64,000 nt of DNA. It comes from a virus. The position numbers were made by a program, and so were the translations under genes. A model generated the notes under the pieces. The model saw only the letters and a program-made list of their open reading frames with translations. It made no database searches and was not told the DNA's origin. Of the stretch, positions 36,089 through 45,340 are shown piece after piece. The stretch lies in IMG/VR virus record IMGVR_UViG_3300003322_000327, positions 38,121-102,120 of that record; one strand, written 5' to 3'. The first letter of the stretch is position 1. Each line of letters begins with the position of its first letter.

Positions 36089-37345
36089 GTGCCCATCATC
36101 GATAAGCGCTCCACTCTGACGCCAGCAAACGCGCGCGCGTCCGACGTCGCCAAGGCGATGACGGAGCACGTGGCACCGATGCAGCAGCAGCGTATGCTCG
36201 CTGCGTTCCGCGTCCAAGGCTTCGAGTGCATTCACTACTCGCGTCTCCAGTCCGGCATCAAGTGCAGCTGCAAGTCAGGAACCAAGGTCGTCCAGGCCAA
36301 GCTGGGCGACGACGGTCAAGTCGATGTCGGCACCATCAACAAGGTGCTGACCGGCGAAGCCCGATTCGGCATCGGTGCCTACAATCCGATGTCGCCTGAT
36401 GCAGAGTTCGACGACGTGGACAACTTCCACGACGCGGAGACGAGTCCTCACAACGCAATGAACCAATGGCTGGGTGACCTGCGCAAGGCCGGCCCGGACA
36501 ATGGTGAGAACAACCTGATCACCGACCAGCCGTTGTCGACCGAGACGGGTGAGTTCAGTCCCGACATGGACGAGCTCTTCCGCTCCATCGACTTCGACGC
36601 CATCGGTCTGACTGACGTGAGCTGCCCATTGTGCTTCGGATCGGGGTACATCGGCGGCTTTTCGCCTTTCCGTGGCTGGCGGCAAGTGGTCGGTGCTCAG
36701 GATTTCTCGACCTCATCGACTCTCGACCTGACGACGAATCCGATCTCGATGCGGCCGGGTACGCACCAGTTCATGATGACGCTGCCGAGTGGTGCCATCG
36801 TCCTCGATGTCTTTCGAGCCATGAACGCCGACGAGGTGATCCCGGCGCAGATCACGATCGATGGCACGTCTATCAACGGTCAGCGAATGCTCAGCTTCTT
36901 CGATGGTCAACCGCATCTGATCCAGGTGCAGACCGATCATCCGATGACGCACTTCGAAGCGCAAGCAGGCCTCAGCACCGAGCCGGTCTACTTCGAGTTT
37001 CCGAAGCGCGGCAAGACTCAGGACATCTCGTTGCTCGAACGATCGGAACCATTCCAGATCATGATGAGCCCGGACTGCCCGCAAGTCGAGACCCTGGACA
37101 TCATCGCCGAGACGCAGTCAGGCAAGTTCCTGGTCGTCGGTGCAGTCGATCCCTGGCAGACGCGCAACCGTCAGTTCCTCGGTCAGAACGTGCAAGTCCG
37201 CGTCGCGCAGCCGCAAGAGCTGTGGCGCATCCTGCCACAGCGTGTCCAGACCTGGAGCAAGAACCAGACGGCGAATCTGCCGGCACCTTCCAAGTCGCAA
37301 ACCCTGTCTGGTCTCGGGCCTGGCATGGGTGGCTTCAGCTTCTGA
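36089..37345 (+). CDS. putative virion structural (neck/head-completion-like) protein
   Basis: 418 aa, GTG start with AAGGAG SD; CSC and CPLCFGSG motifs; location in the late region. Confidence 0.5.
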   Translation: MPIIDKRSTLTPANARASDVAKAMTEHVAPMQQQRMLAAFRVQGFECIHYSRLQSGIKCSCKSGTKVVQAKLGDDGQVDVGTINKVLTGEARFGIGAYNPMSPDAEFDDVDNFHDAETSPHNAMNQWLGDLRKAGPDNGENNLITDQPLSTETGEFSPDMDELFRSIDFDAIGLTDVSCPLCFGSGYIGGFSPFRGWRQVVGAQDFSTSSTLDLTTNPISMRPGTHQFMMTLPSGAIVLDVFRAMNADEVIPAQITIDGTSINGQRMLSFFDGQPHLIQVQTDHPMTHFEAQAGLSTEPVYFEFPKRGKTQDISLLERSEPFQIMMSPDCPQVETLDIIAETQSGKFLVVGAVDPWQTRNRQFLGQNVQVRVAQPQELWRILPQRVQTWSKNQTANLPAPSKSQTLSGLGPGMGGFSF

Positions 37346-37353
37346 GGTCTCTT

Positions 37354-37806
37354 ATGGAGCTACAAGCAAAACAAAGGTTGATGGCAACGAAGCTACCGTC
37401 GTGGGCTGAAAGGAAAGCTCAGTCCACGATTTGGTCTCTAGTTCAAGGCGGCAAGTTGACCGGTCGGCACACAGTCAGTCTCACTTCAGATCGTGAGCCG
37501 ACCTGGAAGGTTGAACCCGACGGTGTCATCGATGTCCGCATTCCTCGCCAGTACTTCGATGCGTGCAAGCGTCTTAACGCTGGTTGGGCTCTTCTGCATT
37601 CTGTGCAGCATGAGCTATGGGAAGCGAAGGTCGCGATCAACCTGGCGCGCAAGCAGTATCCGTCGATGAGTCCTTACGTTGCAGCTGAGAACAAGCAGCA
37701 CCTCGGTGGTGAAGCTCATGCTCTGACTTGTGAAGAACTCGACGGCTTGACCTCAGACGAATACGACAAGCAACTCCAGCTCGAGTATTCATACCTTGGA
37801 CTCTGA
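37354..37806 (+). CDS. hypothetical protein with N-terminal ELQAKQRLMAT tag; atypical (more AT-rich) codon usage
   Basis: ATG 37354 within ORF 36631..37806. Confidence 0.65.
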   Translation: MELQAKQRLMATKLPSWAERKAQSTIWSLVQGGKLTGRHTVSLTSDREPTWKVEPDGVIDVRIPRQYFDACKRLNAGWALLHSVQHELWEAKVAINLARKQYPSMSPYVAAENKQHLGGEAHALTCEELDGLTSDEYDKQLQLEYSYLGL

Positions 37807-37807
37807 C

Positions 37808-38407
37808 ATGGAACTCAAAGCTGCACAGAGGCTTCAAGCCTCGACATTCATGCCCGATCGACTGGTCATGATCGACTGCGAGATGACCGGCCTCGATCCG
37901 AAGGCCGATGACCTGATCCAGATCGCGGCCATCAAGCTGGAGCTGCAGGGCGATCAGTACATCGAGACCGGACCGGATCTCAACTTCTTCATCCACACCG
38001 ACAAGCAGCCTGCGTCCGAGTTCGCGCGCAAGTACATGAGCGACGTCTACAAGCAAGCAAACGAGTCGACCGTCGACTACGTGCAAGCGAAGGCAATCCT
38101 CGACTCGTGGCTCGGAGACTGGAAGGGCGAGGTCAGCCCATGCGGCGACTGCGTGCCCACCGACGTGCTCTTCATGTACATGAAGGGCGTCATCGGTCTC
38201 TCCAGGTACGAGGGCGATACTCCAGTCAAGGGCACCTTCCACTACGAGTACTTCGATATGAACGCCATCAAGGCGCTGGCCCGTCAGAAGAAGGGCTACA
38301 AGTTCGACAAGGAACTCGAGCGCCTACCTGGTGATCACGATGCGCTGGTCGACTGCCGCAACCAGCTCGTGGAAATGAACGCCATCATCAAGGTCCTGCT
38401 CTCATGA
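37808..38407 (+). CDS. DEDDh 3'-5' exonuclease (oligoribonuclease/DnaQ-like) with N-terminal ELKAAQRLQAS tag
   Basis: MIDCEMTGLDP..DDLIQIAA, VPTD, HDALVDC. Confidence 0.85.
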   Translation: MELKAAQRLQASTFMPDRLVMIDCEMTGLDPKADDLIQIAAIKLELQGDQYIETGPDLNFFIHTDKQPASEFARKYMSDVYKQANESTVDYVQAKAILDSWLGDWKGEVSPCGDCVPTDVLFMYMKGVIGLSRYEGDTPVKGTFHYEYFDMNAIKALARQKKGYKFDKELERLPGDHDALVDCRNQLVEMNAIIKVLLS

Positions 38408-38441
38408 GCGACCATCCATCCAGATTCCAAGTGAGGACCCA

Positions 38442-39644
38442 ATGACCGATCCCGTCAAGAAGTTTCGCAGTCTCGAAGAAGTCAAGCGCTTCCTGCTCGA
38501 TGAAACCAAGGAGTTCGAACTCGATCGACAGCTGGTCGAGCGCGGGCTCTCTCAACTCGCTCGCGTCATCAAGGCCGGCCAGCGCAAACTCGAAGCCGCC
38601 GGACCCGAGGGCATGCAGATCCTCGACATCAGCGGCAAGGGCGAGAACGGCAAGCGCCGTCGTACCCTCAACATCGACTTCCCAGTCGTGCACGTTCCCA
38701 ACGCGGAGCAGCTCAAGGAGCACTACGCAATGGCGGAGAAGCTGAGCGAGCAGTACAAGTACATCGTGAACGTCGAGAACGAGTTCAAGATGAACATGAA
38801 GGGCGAGGGCGGCAAGCAGTACCAGGACACCCTCGGCCAGTTCCAGAAGCTCAAGTCGCATATCGAAGAGACGCTGCGCCAGCTGTTCCAAGCCCTGGCC
38901 GAAGTCGCCGAAGGTCACGCACCGCGCCAGTACAAGAACTTCATCAAGGCCCTGGCCGAAGAGATCGAGAACAACAAGCACATCGAGTGCGACTCGCTAA
39001 AGACCATGAGCTACGTGGCTCTGGGCAAGGCTGGCGAGCTCATCTTCTGCGGCTACATCATCCTCCAGAACGCGGTGAACGACGAGGGCAAGATCATCGA
39101 TCACCTCTACATCGCGATCAAGTGGACGGTGGGCGCCGACGTCGAACTCTTCATCGATCACGATTTCGTGGCTCCGACGTTGCTCGACAACGGCACGGTG
39201 ATCACGAGCTTGCGCACCGCCGCGCAGGCCATCGCCCAGCAGATGAGCCTCGAAGGCTTCAGCTCGCAGATTGGCAACCTCCCGATCTCGATGCAGATTC
39301 GCGAGCCGGCCGGTGGCCTGAGCCGCGAAGCCTTCTCGGCGGCTGACGTCATCGAGAAGATCGACGCCAAGCGCGACGAGCTGATCTTCGTCCTCAACAC
39401 CTCGGACCCGGCCAAGCGCGACGAGGCGCAAAAGCAGATCTTCCTCGAACTCCGGGCCATCGTCAGGAATAAGAAGGGTACCCAGATTCGTGTCCGACCG
39501 CAGGGCAACGTCCTGACGTTCACGTTCACGAACATGGACCACACGAGTGGCATCCACCCGATCGACCTCGAGTTCCTCGAAGAGAAGTACAAGCTGAACC
39601 CGACGCAGCTTCGGAAAATCTGCAACACCATCAACGGGAACTAG
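38442..39644 (+). CDS. hypothetical protein, probably virion-associated
   Basis: 400-aa ORF, GAGGA SD. Confidence 0.7.
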   Translation: MTDPVKKFRSLEEVKRFLLDETKEFELDRQLVERGLSQLARVIKAGQRKLEAAGPEGMQILDISGKGENGKRRRTLNIDFPVVHVPNAEQLKEHYAMAEKLSEQYKYIVNVENEFKMNMKGEGGKQYQDTLGQFQKLKSHIEETLRQLFQALAEVAEGHAPRQYKNFIKALAEEIENNKHIECDSLKTMSYVALGKAGELIFCGYIILQNAVNDEGKIIDHLYIAIKWTVGADVELFIDHDFVAPTLLDNGTVITSLRTAAQAIAQQMSLEGFSSQIGNLPISMQIREPAGGLSREAFSAADVIEKIDAKRDELIFVLNTSDPAKRDEAQKQIFLELRAIVRNKKGTQIRVRPQGNVLTFTFTNMDHTSGIHPIDLEFLEEKYKLNPTQLRKICNTINGN

Positions 39645-39645
39645 C

Positions 39646-40188
39646 ATGCTGCTCGTCGCCGAAACTCTGACTCAGTATCTGACGCGCCTCAGCCAGGACT
39701 TGAAGATCAAGATGGCTGGCCGTGGAGCGTACTCTGTGGTCTTCGACTACCCGCCTGATCGGGACATCGTGGTCAAGGTCAGCGCCGGCGATCGATCGTA
39801 TCTGCAGTTCATCCAGTTCTGTAGGCTCAACGAAGGCAACCGTTGGCTCCCTCAGGTCCTCGATGTCCACAAGCTGGAAGTCGAGGATCAGGACGAGGTG
39901 TGGGCGGTCTTCCTCCAGCGCCTGACGCCTGCGTCTGCGATCCAGGTCAACAACGCATTCAAGACCGAGATCGCACCATGGGTCACGGACTTCACGGTCT
40001 ACTCAGACAGGGCTCGACTCTCGTTCCCCGAGTGGAAGAATGTGATGCGCATGGCCTCGGACCCGCAGACCCGCAAACTCGCGCTCTTCCTCATCACCCA
40101 CTTCAATCGGTTGGACCTGCTGACGCAGAATTTCATGATGCGTGGCTCCCAGCTCGTGTTCAACGACCCTCTGAGTCCGATCACATGA
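39646..40188 (+). CDS. minimal protein-kinase-like fold protein
   Basis: GRGAYSVV Gly loop, VVKV lysine, DLLTQNFM catalytic loop, FNDP in place of DFG. Confidence 0.65.
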   Translation: MLLVAETLTQYLTRLSQDLKIKMAGRGAYSVVFDYPPDRDIVVKVSAGDRSYLQFIQFCRLNEGNRWLPQVLDVHKLEVEDQDEVWAVFLQRLTPASAIQVNNAFKTEIAPWVTDFTVYSDRARLSFPEWKNVMRMASDPQTRKLALFLITHFNRLDLLTQNFMMRGSQLVFNDPLSPIT

Positions 40189-40685
40189 AACTCCAAGCCA
40201 AGCAGCGACTGATCGCGAGGCAGGATGCGACCTCGGCCTTCGATCCTGGTCTCATAGAGCGCATGACGCCGGTTGACTACAAGTCGAGGTACAAGCTCGT
40301 GAACATGAGCATCCGCGACTTCCTCAAGATGGCGCGTCCTGGTCACGACAAGGTCAAGGAGCGCGACGTCAAGGATCTGGTGAAGAAAGGCGTCAAGTTC
40401 AACTCGGTGCCTTTCCTCACCTTCGATGCCAACGGTGACGATGATGCACGAGTCACTGGCCACGAAGGTCGCCATCGTGCGCGCGAACTCCAGGCTCAAG
40501 GCTACACGCACATGCCGGTCGAACTCCGTGGTCCGATTCGCTGGTCGGAGCAGGCTGATCCGAAGCGCTTCGACTACCGTGAGTCGTGGCCTGAAGTCCT
40601 AGTCTCGGAAGACGGTACCGACTACATCCCATTCCCTGTTCCACGGGAAGAGGCCACCCATCCATACAAGCCGGTGACATCATGA
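40185..40685 (+). CDS. ParB/Srx-like domain protein with N-terminal KLQAKQRLIAR tag
   Basis: VPFL...VTGHEGRHRARELQAQGYTHMPV, a ParB-N GxHR pattern. Confidence 0.7.
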   Translation: MKLQAKQRLIARQDATSAFDPGLIERMTPVDYKSRYKLVNMSIRDFLKMARPGHDKVKERDVKDLVKKGVKFNSVPFLTFDANGDDDARVTGHEGRHRARELQAQGYTHMPVELRGPIRWSEQADPKRFDYRESWPEVLVSEDGTDYIPFPVPREEATHPYKPVTS

Positions 40686-40882
40686 CGAGCGAAGAAGCAT
40701 TGACCAAGATTCAGGATGACTTGCAGATCCTGCTGTGTTCGGCGATCCCTCTGGTGCGTGGTGAAGATGAGATCGTTGGCTACCAGATCAAGACCGGCGC
40801 TCTGCATCGAATCATCGGCACCATGCAGGAAGCCGGCCACTCGGTGACGGTTCCACTCCACAGTCAACAGATCAAGGTCTGA
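40682..40882 (+). CDS. small hypothetical protein
   Basis: 66-aa ORF, ATGA overlap. Confidence 0.55.
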   Translation: MTSEEALTKIQDDLQILLCSAIPLVRGEDEIVGYQIKTGALHRIIGTMQEAGHSVTVPLHSQQIKV

Positions 40883-40884
40883 CC

Positions 40885-41625
40885 ATGACGCACAAAGAAC
40901 TCAGGGCCGCGATGCGCCTCACTCTCTTCGCTGAATTCAATGCGGTCGATCCGAACCGTGTGGTTCCGAATCACGACGGCTCTGACCATCAGTTGCGCGT
41001 CGCTCTCGACAAGCTCGATCGGATGAACGATCGCAGGGCCAACTTCCCGGAAGAAGGTGCCGACGTCGGCTCCATGACCAGGCCTGAAGGCGAGCTCTTT
41101 CCGTACTCGGTGAACGTGGCTGCAGGCATGAACCCGGACGGCACGATCAAGGTCAAGACCATGGAAGTCAAAGCTGCATCGATCGAAGACGCAATGCGCA
41201 TCGCGACCCAGATGAATGCGGGCCGTGAGACAGGCTACGGCGCTGGTGTCCTGCTCTTCAGTCGCAAGACCGGCCGGTTCCTGTTCGTCAAGCGCGGTCC
41301 GAACGGCGACGAGCCTGGCACCTGGTGTACGGGTGGCGGTGGCGTCGAACCTGACGAGACCATCGAGCAGGCCGTGCGGCGTGAGAACCAGGAAGAGCTG
41401 GGATTCGACGGCGAATACGAGCTGATCCACATGGATCGTCAGGCGAGCCCAGGCTTCGTCTTTCACAACCACATGGCTGTCATCGATGACGAGTTCGAGC
41501 CCGTGCTCAACGACGAGCACACCGAGTACAGGTGGTGTGAGCCGGACCAGATTCCGGAGCCACTCCATCCCGGCCTCAGGCTTGCTCTCTCCAACTGGAT
41601 GAAGCGGCAAGGAGTAAGCGAATGA
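40885..41625 (+). CDS. NUDIX hydrolase with an N-terminal extension carrying a degenerate tag (KELRAAMRL)
   Basis: Nudix box GGGVEPDETIEQAVRRENQEELG; LNDEHTEYRW. Confidence 0.9.
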   Translation: MTHKELRAAMRLTLFAEFNAVDPNRVVPNHDGSDHQLRVALDKLDRMNDRRANFPEEGADVGSMTRPEGELFPYSVNVAAGMNPDGTIKVKTMEVKAASIEDAMRIATQMNAGRETGYGAGVLLFSRKTGRFLFVKRGPNGDEPGTWCTGGGGVEPDETIEQAVRRENQEELGFDGEYELIHMDRQASPGFVFHNHMAVIDDEFEPVLNDEHTEYRWCEPDQIPEPLHPGLRLALSNWMKRQGVSE

Positions 41626-42638
41626 CGCTGACTGAAGTCAAGGGTCTGCTGACCCGTCTCGGCTTCACCGAGCTGAGCCTCGTCAAGTCCGACGAAGCAG
41701 CCCGCACCTACACCTTCCAGTTCAAGCAGTTCAATCCCAAGCTCATGAAGTCGAAGCCGACGATGGCTGCGAAGGGCTCGGTCGCTATCTGGGAACTGGA
41801 AGACGTCGGCAAGATCGGCGTCAGCCCATCGAACCAGGTGGTCCGGTTCATCGATGCAGGCAAGCGCACGCAGGTCCCGAAGGCCGATGACTCGCACCTG
41901 TCACGAGCAACAGCTGTGCCGGAAGAGCTGGAGCAGCAGTTCCAGAAGGCGGTCATCAACCCAGGCAAGCGCGTCCAGTTCATGAAGAACCTGTGGACGT
42001 TCTACAACCGCGAGAAGTTCGGCGGTCGCATGGAGATGCCGGCCCTGAAAACTTCGAACACGGGCGCTCCGAAAGGCACTCGCATGTTCCATCGTGGAGG
42101 TCCGCACTTCACGACTGGTATGATCTGGGTCGCCGAGTACATGTGGAATGCACGGCTGCCGTTCTTTCTCGAACTCTTTCTTCACGAGATGTGCCACCAA
42201 GCGGTGTGGGACCTGGACCGGATTCTCGATCGAACGGAGCAAGGGCACGGCAAGGACTGGCAGCGCCGGATGACCCACGTCGGCCTCGATCCCCGCCGCT
42301 TCGATCCGACCGACAACCAGGAGTACACGACTGGCCTGTCCAAGGCTCAGGAAGAAGAGAAGCGAACCGACCTGTACGGTCCATCCGCTGACCCAGCAAG
42401 CCTGAAGCACCTGCGACGCATGACCCAGTTCGAGCCCGGTGACTGCTTCATGCTCATCTACGGTCGTCTGGTCAAGGGCTATCTGCGGACCAGCGGTCGC
42501 AGCTTCACCTTCACGTTCCGACGCCACGACTCAGGCAACCTGACGGGTCTCGCGTACCCGAGCCTCAAGTCGTTCGAAGAGGAAGCGTTGCCGAACCTCT
42601 ACCACTACCCAAAGGGACGCACAGTCCCGAAGGACTGA
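41622..42638 (+). CDS. SprT-like zinc metalloprotease domain protein
   Basis: LFLHEMCHQ (HExxH) followed by GHGKDWQ. Confidence 0.8.
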   Translation: MTLTEVKGLLTRLGFTELSLVKSDEAARTYTFQFKQFNPKLMKSKPTMAAKGSVAIWELEDVGKIGVSPSNQVVRFIDAGKRTQVPKADDSHLSRATAVPEELEQQFQKAVINPGKRVQFMKNLWTFYNREKFGGRMEMPALKTSNTGAPKGTRMFHRGGPHFTTGMIWVAEYMWNARLPFFLELFLHEMCHQAVWDLDRILDRTEQGHGKDWQRRMTHVGLDPRRFDPTDNQEYTTGLSKAQEEEKRTDLYGPSADPASLKHLRRMTQFEPGDCFMLIYGRLVKGYLRTSGRSFTFTFRRHDSGNLTGLAYPSLKSFEEEALPNLYHYPKGRTVPKD

Positions 42639-42639
42639 G

Positions 42640-44121
42640 ATGAAAAAGCTCTACGTCTTCACCAAGACCGGCGCCGACATCACGAACCAGTTCAGTCCTG
42701 AGCTGAACACGGGCGAGACCGTCACGTCGATCACCGTCGGCGCCGTGACTCCGGCTTCGGCCTCCGCACCGAGCCTCACGATCTCGAGTGGCAACAGCGT
42801 GCCGGTCCTGTTCACCATCACCGGTGGAGCCACGGGCTTCACTTTCGGCTGGCCCCTGACCTTCGTGACGAACCAGCGCACGTTCGTCCTCACCGTCGCT
42901 TGCAACGTCCTGTCCGACTCGTTCGACCCGTATCCGAATGCAGACCCGGGCTCGTACCAGGACATGGTCGGCCCCATCGAGGCCGGCAAGACTGCGGTCT
43001 CCACTGCCTTCTTCCCTCTCCCGACCTCGATCAACCCGCAAGGCGGCTACGTGATCTGGGAGCTGCTGGACACGCAAGGCACCGTCTGGTCGGCGGGTAA
43101 CGCCTTCGAACTCAAGATCATCGCCAACGGTGTGTCGAACACTGTGATGGCAAAGTCGCTGGTCAACGTTCCGGCTCAGATTCCTCCCAGCCCTGACGCC
43201 CCGTACCAGCTGCGGACGACCCTGATCCTGCCTTCGGGTCAGCGCGTGCCGCAGTTCGAAGCCATCACGGTCACGGGCTTCCCTACCATCCAGCTTGGCG
43301 CCCAGGACTCGATCGAGATGCAGGGCGATCCTGCGACCGTCAGCCTCGTCACCGAGAAGCTGTACCAGAACTACGTGATCGAGATCCGTCAAGGCGGTCA
43401 AGTGTTGGCGACCATGCCAGTCTCGGGCGCCGAGAAGATCGCCAACGGCTACTTCGTGGCTGCGACGATCGACACGACGAACATGCCAGCCACGTTCATC
43501 CCATACCAGATCAACTGGAAGTTCTGGGACGTGCCAGCGCAGACGTTCCGCATCACAGCCGACCTGTGGATCGCCACCGACTCGATGCTCCAGGCCTGTG
43601 AAGATGTCAAGTCGAAGGTCAACAAGGCGCGCACCACCCTGTACGGTACGGAGGACTCGCAGTTCCCGTCGACCGAGATCATGAAGTGGCTGCGTCGCGG
43701 CATGGACTACTTCAACGGCTTTCAGGGTCAGTTCTCGTCTTTCACGATGACAAACGCCCTGGGTCCGGTCCGTGAGTACTGGCTGCTGTGCGCCGAGAAG
43801 GCCGCACTCGAGGCCCAGTACCTGATGGAAGGTGAAAAGGCCTTCAACTTCGCGGGTGCCGGCATCAGTCTCGACGTCGATCGCACTTCCTACCTCGACA
43901 ACATGGCATCGAAGATCCAGTCCGTCCTGGACTCGGACCTCAAGCCCTTGAAGGTGAATTTGATCATCAAGGGCAACACCAACGGAGACGGGTCGGGTCC
44001 GAACAAGGATGGTAACTTCGGTGCCCTCCAGCGTGGAGCAATGGGTGCAGTCGGTATCACCATCAGTCCCGCCTCCCTCTACGGCGGTGTCATCGGTGGT
44101 TACGGTCTGCCATACATCTAA
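42640..44121 (+). CDS. putative virion structural protein (beta-rich N-terminus; possible head-tail adaptor)
   Basis: 493 aa, Thr/Ser/Gly-rich beta segments; late-region context; role is inference. Confidence 0.45.
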   Translation: MKKLYVFTKTGADITNQFSPELNTGETVTSITVGAVTPASASAPSLTISSGNSVPVLFTITGGATGFTFGWPLTFVTNQRTFVLTVACNVLSDSFDPYPNADPGSYQDMVGPIEAGKTAVSTAFFPLPTSINPQGGYVIWELLDTQGTVWSAGNAFELKIIANGVSNTVMAKSLVNVPAQIPPSPDAPYQLRTTLILPSGQRVPQFEAITVTGFPTIQLGAQDSIEMQGDPATVSLVTEKLYQNYVIEIRQGGQVLATMPVSGAEKIANGYFVAATIDTTNMPATFIPYQINWKFWDVPAQTFRITADLWIATDSMLQACEDVKSKVNKARTTLYGTEDSQFPSTEIMKWLRRGMDYFNGFQGQFSSFTMTNALGPVREYWLLCAEKAALEAQYLMEGEKAFNFAGAGISLDVDRTSYLDNMASKIQSVLDSDLKPLKVNLIIKGNTNGDGSGPNKDGNFGALQRGAMGAVGITISPASLYGGVIGGYGLPYI

Positions 44122-44201
44122 CCAAAACGATAAATAGATGTCCAATAAGGTCCCTCGCGGACCTTTTGGCGCCTCTTCAACCCTTTCGTCTAGGAACCAA
44201 A

Positions 44202-45320
44202 GTGACCAATCACCACAAGCGGAAGCCCCGCGTCCTCTTTGTCCTCAAGACCCGACCGTCGGGTCCCTACGGCTCCTGGGGTTACAGCGCCAACGGCGGC
44301 CTGCTCGACTCCGGCATGAGCGTCTCGGTCCGTCAGATGGTCATCGCCCTCGAACGTCTCGGCTTCGAAGCCAAGCTGGTCCAGGTGCAGGACAACAACT
44401 TCATACACCAGGAGGTCGTCAGCTACGAACCGACTCACGTCATCATCGAAGGCTTCTGGGTCGTCCCTGCCAAGTTCAAGATCCTGGCGGCGATGAACCC
44501 CGAGATCGAGTGGATGGTTCGTTGCCATTCCAACACCGAGTTCCTGGCCCACGAAGGCACGGTCTTCGGCTGGGCGCTCGACTACCTGGAAGGCGGCATC
44601 ACCGTCGGCTTTAACAGCCCCGAAGCCGAACGTGAAGTGCGCGAGCTCGTGCGCGATGCAGAGGTCGAGCGTCCGGGCCGCATCGTCTACGTGCCCAACT
44701 ACTACGACTTCGAGGCCAACCTCTGCTGGCACATGGAGCTCATGCGCAAGCTCCGCATCAAGCACTCGAAGCCGAAGAAGATGGGCGAGTTTCACGTCGG
44801 CTGCTTCGGCGCCGTCCGTCCGCTGAAGAATCACATGAACCAGGCTCTGGCTGCCCTCAAGGTCGCGGCCCGGATGGGTCTCCAGCTCCGGTTCTACATC
44901 AACGCCAACCGCGTCGAGAATCAGGGCGATGCGCTGCTCCGCAGCCTCCGATCCCTGTTCGAGCGCATGAAACCGCACGAGCTGGTGGAGGTCCCGTGGC
45001 AAGAGCACGCCGACTTCATGAAGACCCTGAACTCTATGGACATGGTCAGCCAGGTCTCGATGTCCGAGACCTTCAACATCGTGCTGGCCGACTCCGTTGC
45101 GTCCGGCATCCCTGTCGTCGGCGCCAACATCCCCTGGCTCGATCGTGAGTACCTGGTGAAGGACCCGACTGACGTGACTGAGATCGCGCGCGTCATGCAT
45201 CACACCTGGCTCAAGTCGGGCAACAACTCGGTGCAGGATCGTCAGCGTCGCACGCTCTCGAACTACGTGACGAAGAGCCTGGTCCTCTGGGCGAACTATC
45301 TCGAAGGCCGCCCGGCCTGA
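44202..45320 (+). CDS. GT-B (GT4-like) glycosyltransferase
   Basis: FGAVRPLKNHMNQALAA and SETFNIVLADSVASGIPVV; GTG start at 44202 with AGGA SD. Confidence 0.75.
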   Translation: MTNHHKRKPRVLFVLKTRPSGPYGSWGYSANGGLLDSGMSVSVRQMVIALERLGFEAKLVQVQDNNFIHQEVVSYEPTHVIIEGFWVVPAKFKILAAMNPEIEWMVRCHSNTEFLAHEGTVFGWALDYLEGGITVGFNSPEAEREVRELVRDAEVERPGRIVYVPNYYDFEANLCWHMELMRKLRIKHSKPKKMGEFHVGCFGAVRPLKNHMNQALAALKVAARMGLQLRFYINANRVENQGDALLRSLRSLFERMKPHELVEVPWQEHADFMKTLNSMDMVSQVSMSETFNIVLADSVASGIPVVGANIPWLDREYLVKDPTDVTEIARVMHHTWLKSGNNSVQDRQRRTLSNYVTKSLVLWANYLEGRPA

Positions 45321-45340
45321 CCCGATCATCTCCAACTGAC

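Noticed and set aside
16672-44140. TAAATA at about 16675, 20736, 24112 and 44132 as a T4-like late promoter
   Set aside because: Two copies are simply TAA stop codons and one is inside a CDS; the full TATAAATA is not present.
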